Positions 23,720-33,243 of a stretch of DNA of 64,000 nt are shown here, in pieces (position 1 is the stretch's first letter; every line of letters begins with the position of its first letter). The stretch is from NCBI GenBank assembly GCA_965208105.1, contig OZ242318.1:960001-1024000 (forward strand), read 5' to 3'. A program made the position numbers and the translations under genes. This stretch comes from Candidatus Latescibacterota bacterium (GTDB lineage Bacteria > Latescibacterota > UBA2968 > UBA8231). The notes beneath the pieces are model-generated. The model was not told where the DNA came from. It saw only the letters and a program-made list of their open reading frames with translations, and did not search any database.

Positions 23720-26194
23720 ATGGAAGAGGACCATCGAGGCGAAACGAGCAGGGAGCTCCCTTCCTCCGCGCGGGCGGTAATCGTGGGAGGCGGAGTGGTT
23801 GGCTGCAGCGTGGCCTATCACCTCGGCCACTTGGGCTGGAAGGACGTCTTGCTCCTGGAGCAGGGGAAACTGGCGGGAGGAACCAGCTGGCACGCGGCCG
23901 GATTGGTCGGGCAGCTGCGCACCTCCAACAGCCTGACTCGAATCAACAAGTACAGTGTCGAGCTCTACCAGACATTATTGGCGGAGACGGGATGCGAAAC
24001 GGGTTGGAACGAAGTGGGCAGTCTCATTGTCGGCACCTCGGAAGAGCGCATGTCCCAACTCAGGCGGACTGCAGCCATGGCAGAGGTGTTCGGGGTCGAG
24101 GCTCATCTCGTCGGAGTTAAAGAGGCCGGGGAAAAGTGGCCCCTCATGCGCATCGACGATGTGCTCGGTGCGGTCTGGTTGCCTCATGACGGCAAGGTCG
24201 TGCCCGAAGGGGTGGTGAAAGCATTGGCCGCCGGGGCGAGCAAGAAGGGCGTGCAGATCGTGGAGGGGGTTCGCGCAAATAAAATCACCATGAAGAACGG
24301 AAGGGCCTGCGGAGTGCGCTCGGATCGGGGAGAGGTTGCCGCGGAGTGGGTGATCCTGTGCGGGGGAATGTGGACCCGGCAGCTGGGCCTGCAGACCGGA
24401 GTCGATCTCCCTCTTCATCCGGTGGAGCACCATTACATCGTGAGCGAGCCCATCGAGGGGGTGGACAAGAATCGTCCGGTGGGACGCGATCCCAATGAGA
24501 TGATCTACTTTCGATCAGAGGACGACGGGTCGATCATGCTCGGCGCCTTCCAGAAAGAATCAGTTGCGTGGGAGGTCGATCGCGTGCCGGATGAATTCAG
24601 CTTTCAACTCCTCGAGCCTGATTGGGACAAATATGAGCAGCCTCTGCGCGCCGGGAAGCACCGTCTCCCGGTCCTGGCAGACTGCGCCTTCCCGAAATTC
24701 GTGAACGGACCTGAGAGTTTCACGCCTGACAACAATTTCCTCATGGGAGAGCCGGTCGGGACCAGAGGGCTCTTCGTGCTGGCGGGGTTCAATTCGGTGG
24801 GCGTTGCTTGTGCGGGTGGAGCGGGAAAGTATGCGGTCGAGTGGTTGGAAAGTGGAGCTCCCACCATGGACCTGTGGTCGGTGGATGTCCGGCGATTCCA
24901 TTCGGAGCAAAACGACCAGGCATATCTTCGGGGGCGGGTGACGGAAGTGCTGGGCCTGCACTATCAGATGGCGTGGCCGAACCGGGAGATGGAAACGGGC
25001 AGGAGATTGCGCGTGGGTGCGCTCTACGACCGGCAATCGAGGCAGGGAGCTTGTTTCGGCTCTTCCATGGGGTGGGAGCGTCCCAACTGGTTCGCACCCG
25101 ACGGCGTGGATCCGGTCATGGCGTACTCCTTCAAGCGCCAGAACTGGGCGCCCTACGTGGACGAAGAGGTGCGAAGCTGCAGGGAGAACGTGGCGATATT
25201 CGATCAATCGACCTTTTCCAAGTACTCCTTCAAGGGACGAGATGTTGTCGCAGTTCTTCAACGTCTCTGCGGAAACGACGTCGATGTCCCGCCTGGGCAA
25301 ATCGTCTATACCGGGGTCTTCAATGAACGGGGAACCTTCGAGTCCGACCTCACCCTCATTCGCCTGGCGGAAGAGGAGTTCTATATCGTTACTGCGACCG
25401 GCCAGGCCATTCGCGACTATGACTGGATCACCGGGCATCTCCCGAGCGGAGCGGATGCGGAGCTGTCGGATGTGACCGAAGACTACGGGGTGGTGAGTGT
25501 GATGGGTCCCAAGGCGCGGGACCTCCTGGCAACCGTGACCGATACCGATCTGAGTAATGCCGCGTTTCCCTTCGGGAGTGCCCAGGTGATCGCGCTCGCC
25601 GGCGTGGATGTGCGGGCCCTGCGTCTCTCGTACGTGGGCGAGCTGGGGTGGGAACTCCATTGCCGCACGGATGAGGTGGGACGAGTCTACGATTCCCTGT
25701 TCGATGAAGGAGCGGATTTCGATCTACGGGCCGGAGGGCACTATGCCATCAATGCCATGCGCCTCGAGAAGGCCTATCGCGCGTGGGGGCACGACATCTC
25801 TCCGGATGAAACTCCACTCGAAGCAGGACTGAGTTTCGCTGTCGATTGGCGAACGGACTTTCTTGGGAAAGAAGCGCTCCTGCGACAACGGGAGATGGGA
25901 ATCCGCAAGCGCCTGGTGGCCTTCGTGCTGGAAGATCCCCAGCCGACCCTGTGGGGAAGCGAGCCGATTCTGTTGCAAGGCCGGCCGGTGGGCTACACGA
26001 CATCCGCTGCCTACGGGCCGACGCTGGGCGGCGCCGTGGCCCTGGGATACGTGAAGCGGCCGGACGGCGGAGTGGTGACCCGGAAATTCGTGACAGAGGG
26101 CGAGTTCTCGATTCTGAATGATGGCGTGAGTTACCGGGCGACGGCCTTCCTGAACTCGCCCTTCGATCCTAACCAAGAGAAAGTTTTGCAATGA
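23720..26194 (+). CDS. GcvT-family FAD-dependent oxidoreductase (dimethylglycine/sarcosine dehydrogenase-like)
   Basis: VIVGGGVVGCS, GTSWHAAGL (covalent-FAD His), NGPESFTPD, GWERPNWF, YVGELGWELH, RLEKAYRAWG. Confidence 0.92.
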   Translation: MEEDHRGETSRELPSSARAVIVGGGVVGCSVAYHLGHLGWKDVLLLEQGKLAGGTSWHAAGLVGQLRTSNSLTRINKYSVELYQTLLAETGCETGWNEVGSLIVGTSEERMSQLRRTAAMAEVFGVEAHLVGVKEAGEKWPLMRIDDVLGAVWLPHDGKVVPEGVVKALAAGASKKGVQIVEGVRANKITMKNGRACGVRSDRGEVAAEWVILCGGMWTRQLGLQTGVDLPLHPVEHHYIVSEPIEGVDKNRPVGRDPNEMIYFRSEDDGSIMLGAFQKESVAWEVDRVPDEFSFQLLEPDWDKYEQPLRAGKHRLPVLADCAFPKFVNGPESFTPDNNFLMGEPVGTRGLFVLAGFNSVGVACAGGAGKYAVEWLESGAPTMDLWSVDVRRFHSEQNDQAYLRGRVTEVLGLHYQMAWPNREMETGRRLRVGALYDRQSRQGACFGSSMGWERPNWFAPDGVDPVMAYSFKRQNWAPYVDEEVRSCRENVAIFDQSTFSKYSFKGRDVVAVLQRLCGNDVDVPPGQIVYTGVFNERGTFESDLTLIRLAEEEFYIVTATGQAIRDYDWITGHLPSGADAELSDVTEDYGVVSVMGPKARDLLATVTDTDLSNAAFPFGSAQVIALAGVDVRALRLSYVGELGWELHCRTDEVGRVYDSLFDEGADFDLRAGGHYAINAMRLEKAYRAWGHDISPDETPLEAGLSFAVDWRTDFLGKEALLRQREMGIRKRLVAFVLEDPQPTLWGSEPILLQGRPVGYTTSAAYGPTLGGAVALGYVKRPDGGVVTRKFVTEGEFSILNDGVSYRATAFLNSPFDPNQEKVLQ

Positions 26195-27765
26195 ATGAGA
26201 ACGAAATCAGTCCCACGCCCTTCGTCGACTGGTGCGGCATCTGGCCGGGCCACGGCGGAACCGGCCCCGACGACCTGAGCTGGATACAGGACCCGCCCCT
26301 GGGGGAGCTGCAGCTCAAGGTCCAGCCCGCCCGCTGGTCGGAGCCATTCCTCCACGAGAGGGAGCATCCCTGGGAAGCGCAGTCCCTCATACCGCTGATG
26401 GTGCTCAAGGAAGGCGACCGTTTCCGGGCGTGGTACCACTGCACCGGTGATAATGGCCTCGCCTACGATGCCTACGCCGAGAGCGATGACGGCCTGAATT
26501 GGGAGAAGCCCCAGCTCGGCCTGGTCGAGTACGGGGGGTCAACGGCCAACAACCTGCTCCACTCGCGCAGCCACTTCGCCATCCGCAGCCTGTTCATCGA
26601 TCCGTCGGCGCCGCCGGAGGAGCGTTACAAGGCGGTGCGGGTAGAGGGGCGGTATTTCGTCGATGGCGTGCTCGATCCGGAAATGACCTTCGCGCGCTAC
26701 GCAGAGATGCAGAACGCCATGCAGCACGAAGGGTTCTCCGATAAACCGAGCACCCGGAAGCTGGAGCTTCGCCAGACCATTCTCGGGGCCGTGTCGCCGG
26801 ACGGACTGCGATGGAAGGTGATCGAAAAACCGCTACGAGATCTGGGCTCGCGGACGCTGGACGGTGAGCACTACGTCATTTACGACGAGGACAAAGGCGA
26901 GTACGTCGCCTACCACCGCGGCCACCTGGAACGCCGGCGGGCGGTGCGCCGCAGCACGGGAAAGCGCTTCGACCAGTGGGGAGAACCGCGGTTCGTCTTC
27001 ATGCCCGACCCGCAGGATCCCGTCGACGACGATGTCTACGGCTCGGGGTACTGCCGCTATCCCGGGAAGGGGGCGGGCTTCTCCGGGACCGGTGGGGCTT
27101 ATCCCGCCGGCGGCGACGGACGGGACAACGAAGGCATATACAGCGGCAAGCTGCACCTGATGTTCCTGCCGTTCTACCACCGCACGACCTCCACCGTCGA
27201 CGTCCAACTGGCGACCAGCCGGGACGGCCTGCTGTGGAGCCGGCCCGAGCGCGTGCCCATCATCGAACGCGGCGAATACGAGGTGGTCTATTCACGGCGC
27301 GACCTGGTGGCCCTCACCGAGGAGGAGTGGGGCCTGCCGTTTTCAGGCGCGCACGGGCGCCACGATTTCAAGACCTACGACTACGACAAGCAAGCGCTCG
27401 AAAGCGCCATCGAGTGGCGCTGGGCGCTGTGGAAGCGGGACCGGCTGGTGGCCCTCGAGGCGCGGGCAGAAGCCCGCTTCACCATGGTGCAGCGGCAGTG
27501 TCACGGCACCCAGATGCGGCTGAACTACGAGACCGAGGCGGGAGGTTGGGTGCGCGTGGAACTGGTGGAACCGCCGGTCACCCCACCGACACGGGTGGAG
27601 CCGCTTCCCGGCTACAGCCTCGACGACGCCGACCCCCTCGCGGGAGACGAGCTGTCGGGCGCGGTGAGCTGGAACGGCCGCTCCGACCTGTCCGCCTTGA
27701 AGGGACGGCTGGTGTCGATCCGCATCCACATGGCGCGAGCCCGGCTCTACTCCCTGTTCATCTGA
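26191..27765 (+). CDS. Beta-propeller glycoside-hydrolase-like protein, paralog 4 (subtype A)
   Basis: PFVDWCGIW N-terminus resembles paralog 1. YAESDDGLNWEKPQLGLVEYGGSTANNL, SPDGLRW, QLATSRDGLLW. Confidence 0.75.
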   Translation: MNENEISPTPFVDWCGIWPGHGGTGPDDLSWIQDPPLGELQLKVQPARWSEPFLHEREHPWEAQSLIPLMVLKEGDRFRAWYHCTGDNGLAYDAYAESDDGLNWEKPQLGLVEYGGSTANNLLHSRSHFAIRSLFIDPSAPPEERYKAVRVEGRYFVDGVLDPEMTFARYAEMQNAMQHEGFSDKPSTRKLELRQTILGAVSPDGLRWKVIEKPLRDLGSRTLDGEHYVIYDEDKGEYVAYHRGHLERRRAVRRSTGKRFDQWGEPRFVFMPDPQDPVDDDVYGSGYCRYPGKGAGFSGTGGAYPAGGDGRDNEGIYSGKLHLMFLPFYHRTTSTVDVQLATSRDGLLWSRPERVPIIERGEYEVVYSRRDLVALTEEEWGLPFSGAHGRHDFKTYDYDKQALESAIEWRWALWKRDRLVALEARAEARFTMVQRQCHGTQMRLNYETEAGGWVRVELVEPPVTPPTRVEPLPGYSLDDADPLAGDELSGAVSWNGRSDLSALKGRLVSIRIHMARARLYSLFI

Positions 27766-27839
27766 TCCGTTGACCATGGCCGCGCTCTCGGTGCGGATCA
27801 TGGATTTCGCTGTTTCATTCCCAGGAGGCACACATCATT

Positions 27840-29384
27840 ATGGCAGGACGCAAACCGGGCCTAGGAGCCCTCACCCACATCGGTACCGACCGGCAGCTGT
27901 TCCTCGACGACTACATGGTCGAGAGCACGAAGCACGCCGCCTTCACCCTCAACCCGGCCACCAAGTATGTCAACAACCCGGTTATCGACCGCGACCGGCC
28001 CTGGGAGGGCGAGACCCTCCACTACGGGTGCGTCCTCTACGACGAGCAAGAGAAGCGCTTCCGCATGTGGTACAGCTCCTGCGAGCACTCCTACACGGAG
28101 CGCGTACCGAAGAGGACGGTGCCCACCGTTCCCGGCAAGAAATTCACCAATAACTGCTATGCCGAGTCCGAAGACGGGATGAATTGGGAAAAGCCGTCCC
28201 TCGGACTGGTGGAGTTCGAAGGCTCGAAGGACAACAACATCCTCGGACCGGACAACTGGCCCAGCATCAAGGGCGGCATCTTCATCGATCCCAACGAGAA
28301 GGATCCGGACAAGCGCTTCAAGGCCATGTCGCAGGTCAAGGCCGAAACGGCGACCGATGGGGACGAGGACCGGGACGTGTCCGATGGCCAAGCGCCGGAA
28401 GCGAGCCGCTTCGTCTGGAATCTCTACCACTCCGGCGACGCCATCCACTGGACACCCTACGAGGGCAACCCGGTCATCAACCGCGAGAAATCGCTCTGGG
28501 GACCCACCGCCCACATGGGTTGGGACCCCATCCGCGAGGTCTATGCCGTGCACATGGAGAACTGCATCAACAAGCACGTCTTCTTCGGCCCCCCGATGTG
28601 TCCACCCGGCATCCGCCTTATCGGCCGCGCCGAGAGCCCGGATCTGATCAACTGGACCGAACCGGAGACCATTATCATGCCGGACGACGACGATCCGCCC
28701 GACCTCGAGCTCTACAGCATGTGGGCCTCGACCTACGAGAATTTTTACATCGGCATGCTGTGGAACTTCCGTATCACCAGTACCAGCCTCCTGCCACAGT
28801 TCGTCTTCAGCCGCGACGGTATCCGCTACGACCGACGCTACCGCCAGCCCTTCATCCAGGCGGGCGACGAGGGTGATTTCGATTCGGTGACCGTCTACGC
28901 CCAGCAGCCCATCGTCCACGACGACCAGATCTTCATCTATTACAGCGGTCAAAACTATCGCGCCTCGGAACAGTTTGACCTGCTCTACGAGCAACATGGC
29001 ACAGATGGCCCTCAAGGGCGCATGGGCCTGGCCATCGTTCCCCGGGACGGCTTCGTCTCCATCGACAGCGGTTATAAACACTACGGCGAGATCGTCACCC
29101 AGGCCTTTTCCTTCGAGGGCACGACTCTGCAGGTCAGCATGCGCAGTGCCTGGAAGGGCTGGTCGGCAGACAAACCGGATTTCCGTGTGGAGTTGCTGGC
29201 GCCCGACCACACGCCGCTCGAGGGTTACACCTTCGACGACGCCGACAACATCGGCGGCAAGGGAAGCGACATCGTAGCTACCTGGAAGGGCAAGTCCGAC
29301 GTCGGCCACCTTGCCGGACGCACCATCAAGCTGAAGTTCTACAGCAAGAACGTGAAGCTGTTCGGTTTTCAGTTCGTCGAGTAG
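27840..29384 (+). CDS. Beta-propeller glycoside-hydrolase-like protein, paralog 5 (subtype B)
   Basis: RQLFLDDY, NPVI...PWE, YAESEDGMNWEKPSLGLVEFEGSKDNNI, FSRDGIRY, RDGFVS. Confidence 0.78.
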   Translation: MAGRKPGLGALTHIGTDRQLFLDDYMVESTKHAAFTLNPATKYVNNPVIDRDRPWEGETLHYGCVLYDEQEKRFRMWYSSCEHSYTERVPKRTVPTVPGKKFTNNCYAESEDGMNWEKPSLGLVEFEGSKDNNILGPDNWPSIKGGIFIDPNEKDPDKRFKAMSQVKAETATDGDEDRDVSDGQAPEASRFVWNLYHSGDAIHWTPYEGNPVINREKSLWGPTAHMGWDPIREVYAVHMENCINKHVFFGPPMCPPGIRLIGRAESPDLINWTEPETIIMPDDDDPPDLELYSMWASTYENFYIGMLWNFRITSTSLLPQFVFSRDGIRYDRRYRQPFIQAGDEGDFDSVTVYAQQPIVHDDQIFIYYSGQNYRASEQFDLLYEQHGTDGPQGRMGLAIVPRDGFVSIDSGYKHYGEIVTQAFSFEGTTLQVSMRSAWKGWSADKPDFRVELLAPDHTPLEGYTFDDADNIGGKGSDIVATWKGKSDVGHLAGRTIKLKFYSKNVKLFGFQFVE

Positions 29385-29408
29385 CGCCGAGAAGCGCCGA
29401 GAAGCGCC
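29383..29408 (+). repeat. Short tandem repeat, 10-bp unit x2.6
   Basis: AGCGCCGAGA AGCGCCGAGA AGCGCC at the junction between paralog 5 and the alkA-like gene. Confidence 0.7.
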
Positions 29409-29419
29409 AGGTCAATTCT

Positions 29420-30037
29420 ATGGTCACGACGCCGCAATCCATCGCCGCAGCCCTCGACCGTTTGGCCGCACGGGACGACGACATCGCCCGCACGCTTGCC
29501 GAGGTCGGTTATCCGGAGCCGCGCGGGCGCGAACCCGGCTTCGCCACCCTGCTGAACATCATCGTCGGTCAACAGGTCTCGGTGCAGTCAGCGACCGCGA
29601 TACGGGAACGGCTTCTCACCGCGGCCGATCCGTTGACGCCGGCCTCGTTCCTGACCCTTGACGACGCAACGTTGCGAGGTATCGGTTTCAGCCGCCGAAA
29701 GATCGAGTATGGTCGTCTCCTGGCGCGGGACATCCTGGAAGGCCGCTTCGATCCGGACGGTCTGCCCGCCCTGGACGATGCGGCGGTGTTGGAACAGATC
29801 GTCGCGCGCAAGGGACTGGGGCGCTGGAGCGCGGAGATCTACATGCTGTTCGCGCTGGGCCGAGCCGATACCTGGCCGGCCGACGATCTGGCGGTGCGGA
29901 TCGCCGTGCATCATCTGAAGGGCCTGGACGAGCGGCCCGACCGCGCCACCATGGACCGGCTCGCCGAGCCCTGGCGTCCTTATCGCGGTGCCGTGGCGCT
30001 GCTGATGTGGCATGTTTACCGCAAGGCAGCGTTGTGA
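29420..30037 (+). CDS. DNA-3-methyladenine glycosylase II-like (HhH-GPD)
   Basis: IVGQQVSVQSA, KGLGRWSAEIYMLFALGRADTWPADDLAV, WRPYRG. Confidence 0.9.
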   Translation: MVTTPQSIAAALDRLAARDDDIARTLAEVGYPEPRGREPGFATLLNIIVGQQVSVQSATAIRERLLTAADPLTPASFLTLDDATLRGIGFSRRKIEYGRLLARDILEGRFDPDGLPALDDAAVLEQIVARKGLGRWSAEIYMLFALGRADTWPADDLAVRIAVHHLKGLDERPDRATMDRLAEPWRPYRGAVALLMWHVYRKAAL

Positions 30038-30154
30038 CGCACGGATGGATAGCTCCAATTTCTCCCGAACGGGATGCAGTGTCACGGCGCACAGGTACAC
30101 TTCACCTACGTACCGTGACAGAATCAGGCGTAGCTGCGATCGGCGCTCGGCGTC

Positions 30155-31786
30155 CTATCCCTTGTGGCGGACATGCAGCTGCACGGCATCCAGGGTGAGC
30201 GGTGTCCGCATCGATTCGTCGCGCTTTCTTATCAGTAGCTCTACCCGATTTTCCCCTCTCTCGACCTGATCCGCTTGCAGGAGACATTCCAGCCATTGTC
30301 CCCCGGTGGATTCCTGCGATGGGGCGCCTGGCGCCAGGCTGTCGAGGGCATGGTCGTTGAGCGTCACGGCGAGATCGTCTCGGTCCGTCCGATCCCACAG
30401 GTGGAGGCGAAAGCGCAGCTCGGAGATGTCTCCGCTTTTCACATTTGCGCCCACCTGGAAGTGCGTGCGGGCGGGCACGCCCGCTTCCAGCTCAAGCTGC
30501 TTGACCTCTTCGTTTCTGGAAGCGCCAACGAATCGATCCACACCGAATATCATGTCCTTCCCCGCCAGCGTGGCAGGGTCTCCGATCTCCCGCCAGACAT
30601 CGGTGGGGGTGCTGTGAAACCCATTGAAGACGTAGATCCCGTCGGCGCCGGCATGCCAGAGGTTCATGGCGCCGCCGCGCCATACCGCCTCCGTTCCCGG
30701 CCACGAGTTCCACACCGTGATATAACACGGTTTGTCCAGGTCGTTCGGGTGGCCGCCGTACTGAGTTTTCACCCATGATTGAAACGTCCGGTGCCCGGCT
30801 GCCCCGAGATCGAGAAAAACCCAGTGATGCCAGGACGGCCATTCGATGGATGCATACACCGGCACCTCGTATCGGTGCCCCAGATCCACGATCTCGCGAA
30901 ACGACTCGATCATCATCCAGTTGGGAAGGCCGCCTGCGATAACAATATCGATAAGATCTTCAGCCAGCCATGTCTCGATGTCCAGGCCGATGTAACGCGC
31001 ATCCGCAACCGTGAACGGCGTGCGCGCTGCCAGCAGCAACGGACGTCCTCTTCGGCGGCTCTCCTCGTCGATCATTCTGCGTAAACGCCGCACCAGGTCG
31101 GTCATGAGCTCCAGGTGCTGCTCCTCTACCGGCAGGCCTTCCATGGCGGGCGGGAAATAGACCGGATCGCGGAAGAAGTCCAGCTCCACCCCGTCTACGT
31201 CGTATCCCTGGCATACCTCCCGAATCAGCGAGAAGACATGCTCCCGCACCTCGGCATAGCTGAAATCGAGGGAGGTCCAGCTGTGTTTGGGTCCATGAGA
31301 ATACCTGTCGAAATCGTCTTGCTGACCCATAATGCATTGCGGGTGCTGCTGTTTGAAGGGAGCAAGACCGTGGTAATCGACGCGGTATCCTGGCGGATGG
31401 GCATCGTGGGTGTCGTTCATCCGCATTGACCAGAATACCTCCAGGCCGCTGTGGTGACCGAAGTCGGTCTGAATTTGCAGACTGTCGCGCCCGTAGCGGT
31501 CCACGAGCTCCCGGGGAACATCTTTACCGATGAACCCCCCCAGTCGGGTGTGGTGGGCAAAGGTGAAGCCACCCCTGCAGGTGCAATACCAATGGCTGTC
31601 CACCTGTGTTCCCAACAGCGGCGCGGCGCGCGCATCGAGAACATCGCGACTGAGCTCGCCTCCACTGCGCCTCATGAATTGCCAGTGGACGCCGTGGTGG
31701 TTCTTAGCCTCCCGCGCGTCATTTCCGTCATTGTTGTAGATGATGCGCCGTCGTCGCCATCGGGCTTTCTTCCTGTTCTCGTCCAT
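30155..31786 (-). CDS. TIM-barrel glycoside-hydrolase-like protein (GHL10-like), paralog 2
   Basis: MDENRKKARWRRRRIIYNNDG, SMRMNDTHD, YDVDGVELDFFR, GADGIYVFN. Colinear with 21987..23633. Confidence 0.72.
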   Translation of the reverse strand: MDENRKKARWRRRRIIYNNDGNDAREAKNHHGVHWQFMRRSGGELSRDVLDARAAPLLGTQVDSHWYCTCRGGFTFAHHTRLGGFIGKDVPRELVDRYGRDSLQIQTDFGHHSGLEVFWSMRMNDTHDAHPPGYRVDYHGLAPFKQQHPQCIMGQQDDFDRYSHGPKHSWTSLDFSYAEVREHVFSLIREVCQGYDVDGVELDFFRDPVYFPPAMEGLPVEEQHLELMTDLVRRLRRMIDEESRRRGRPLLLAARTPFTVADARYIGLDIETWLAEDLIDIVIAGGLPNWMMIESFREIVDLGHRYEVPVYASIEWPSWHHWVFLDLGAAGHRTFQSWVKTQYGGHPNDLDKPCYITVWNSWPGTEAVWRGGAMNLWHAGADGIYVFNGFHSTPTDVWREIGDPATLAGKDMIFGVDRFVGASRNEEVKQLELEAGVPARTHFQVGANVKSGDISELRFRLHLWDRTDRDDLAVTLNDHALDSLAPGAPSQESTGGQWLECLLQADQVERGENRVELLIRKRDESMRTPLTLDAVQLHVRHKG

Positions 31787-31848
31787 GGGTTACTCCTGTT
31801 GGGTGTCGGGGATTCATGCGGGGTGTCACCCACGCACCCGTTACAGAT

Positions 31849-32082
31849 TCATGCGTCGTCGAATTCTACTGGATGGCGAATGATCTCATCCAACTCGGGC
31901 GCCGTCAGAAGCGAGTGGCAGTACTGGATTTGCCAGATCCCGTTGTCGGTCCAGAAACGGCTGAAGTCCCGTCGCTCGCATTCGAAAACATCTGCAAAGC
32001 GGGCTACTTCTTCATCGTTCAGGATCTTTCCCAGCGACAGGTAGCCGTTCTCCTTGAAGAACTCGTAGTCCTTCTGTTTCAT
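31849..32082 (-). pseudogene. PhyH-family dioxygenase, N-terminal fragment only
   Basis: YEFFKENGYLSLGKILNDEEV...DEIIRHP then stop. No HxD core. Confidence 0.7.
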
Positions 32083-32148
32083 AGCGCCTTCTTCCTATTG
32101 GAAAAGTTGCCGTCGGAGCCACATCCGACGTCCACCGCACCTGTAGGT

Positions 32149-32904
32149 TTAGAAGTTGGCCAGCGCCAGCTGTGTCGCCAGATTCGGACGACCGAACAAA
32201 ACATCGTCCCCTTCCAACAAACGGCGCGGCACGATGGTGTGGTTGCTAAGAAAAGGTAAAGAGCAGTGTCCGTAATAGACATGAATGGTACGTCGCTCGC
32301 GCGGGCTTCTCTTCACCACCCCGGCGTGACCGCTACCGGCATTGAAGAGAATCGCCGTACCAGCTTTCCCGTGAAGTTCCACACCCTGGGCTGGATCGGG
32401 TGGGGGCGACTCGACGCGCTTGGCTTCAACGGCTTCGGGCATCACCGCGAGACAGTGGCTCTCCGAATCGACATCTGTCAGGTAGTAAACCAGGGAAAGC
32501 GTCCTGAGGGCAAGGGGATGTTCGGGCCAGTGTTCGGTGTCACGGTGCCATCCGGCGGCGGGGGGTTCGACGGCCAGGGGCTCGCGTACCATTACCGACA
32601 GCTCCTCGAAGCACAACTCGTCCCCCATCAGCGCCTCCACCAGCGAAAAAACCCCAGGATGGCGGATGGTGGCGTCGAAAGCGCGACTGCTCAGCAACAC
32701 CGACACCGATTGGAAGCGCCCCGCTTCACCCCGGTCTGCCCACAATTGTGGATATGACGCCCGGTCGCGGTCGATGGCATGATTCAACTCGGCCACTTCC
32801 GTCGGCGACAAGCTGTCGGGGACGAGGCAGTAGCCATGGGTGCGGAAGAACGACAGGTGGTCGTTCAGGCAACCATGTTGCAGCTCGACGTTTGACTTGG
32901 TCAT
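32149..32904 (-). CDS. PhyH-family 2OG-Fe(II) dioxygenase
   Basis: FFRTHGYCLVPDSLS, GWHRD, YYLTDV, distal His in GSGHAG, RRTIHVYY. Confidence 0.85.
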   Translation of the reverse strand: MTKSNVELQHGCLNDHLSFFRTHGYCLVPDSLSPTEVAELNHAIDRDRASYPQLWADRGEAGRFQSVSVLLSSRAFDATIRHPGVFSLVEALMGDELCFEELSVMVREPLAVEPPAAGWHRDTEHWPEHPLALRTLSLVYYLTDVDSESHCLAVMPEAVEAKRVESPPPDPAQGVELHGKAGTAILFNAGSGHAGVVKRSPRERRTIHVYYGHCSLPFLSNHTIVPRRLLEGDDVLFGRPNLATQLALANF

Positions 32905-32927
32905 GCTACGCCATCGTCTCGTTGTAA

Positions 32928-33125
32928 TCAGTCGGCGCCCACATACAATAGCGCGCAATCGAGTGCGATCGGTTTCCCCGCAGCGCCAGCCCGCATGTTC
33001 AGGCTGACTTCGAGCCTGTTCTCACCATGGACGACCCGATCGCGCTGCACTTCGCACTCCAGCCAGTGGCCGGCGGGCGCCGCGTCCAGCGTCTTCTGCG
33101 GCCGCAGGTCGTTCAATGCGACGCC
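32928..33125 (-). pseudogene. C-terminal relic of a third TIM-barrel GH-like paralog
   Basis: LNDLRP...GHWLECEVQRDRVVHGENRLEV...IALDCALLYV aligns by eye with GQWLECLLQADQVERGENRVEL...LTLDAVQLHV of 30155..31786. Confidence 0.75.
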
Positions 33126-33135
33126 ACTGGTGGTG

Positions 33136-33175
33136 TTGACACTTGTCCGGAATATCTGTATACACTGAATATACA
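33136..33175 (+). promoter_or_regulatory. Sigma70-like promoter with overlapping palindrome
   Basis: TTGACA (33136-41), 17 nt, TATACA. Palindrome TGTATA-cactgaa-TATACA at 33157-33175. About 70 bp before the PhyH gene at 33244. Confidence 0.5.
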
Positions 33176-33243
33176 CAGTAGAACAGCACATCAAAACAAG
33201 GCCCGGGTCGTCCAATGCTGCTGCACCTTTCCAAGGCCGCTCG

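Noticed and set aside
33157-33180. LexA SOS box
   Set aside because: Spacing is CTG-N8-CAG rather than the CTG-N10-CAG of the gammaproteobacterial box, and the downstream gene is not a repair gene.
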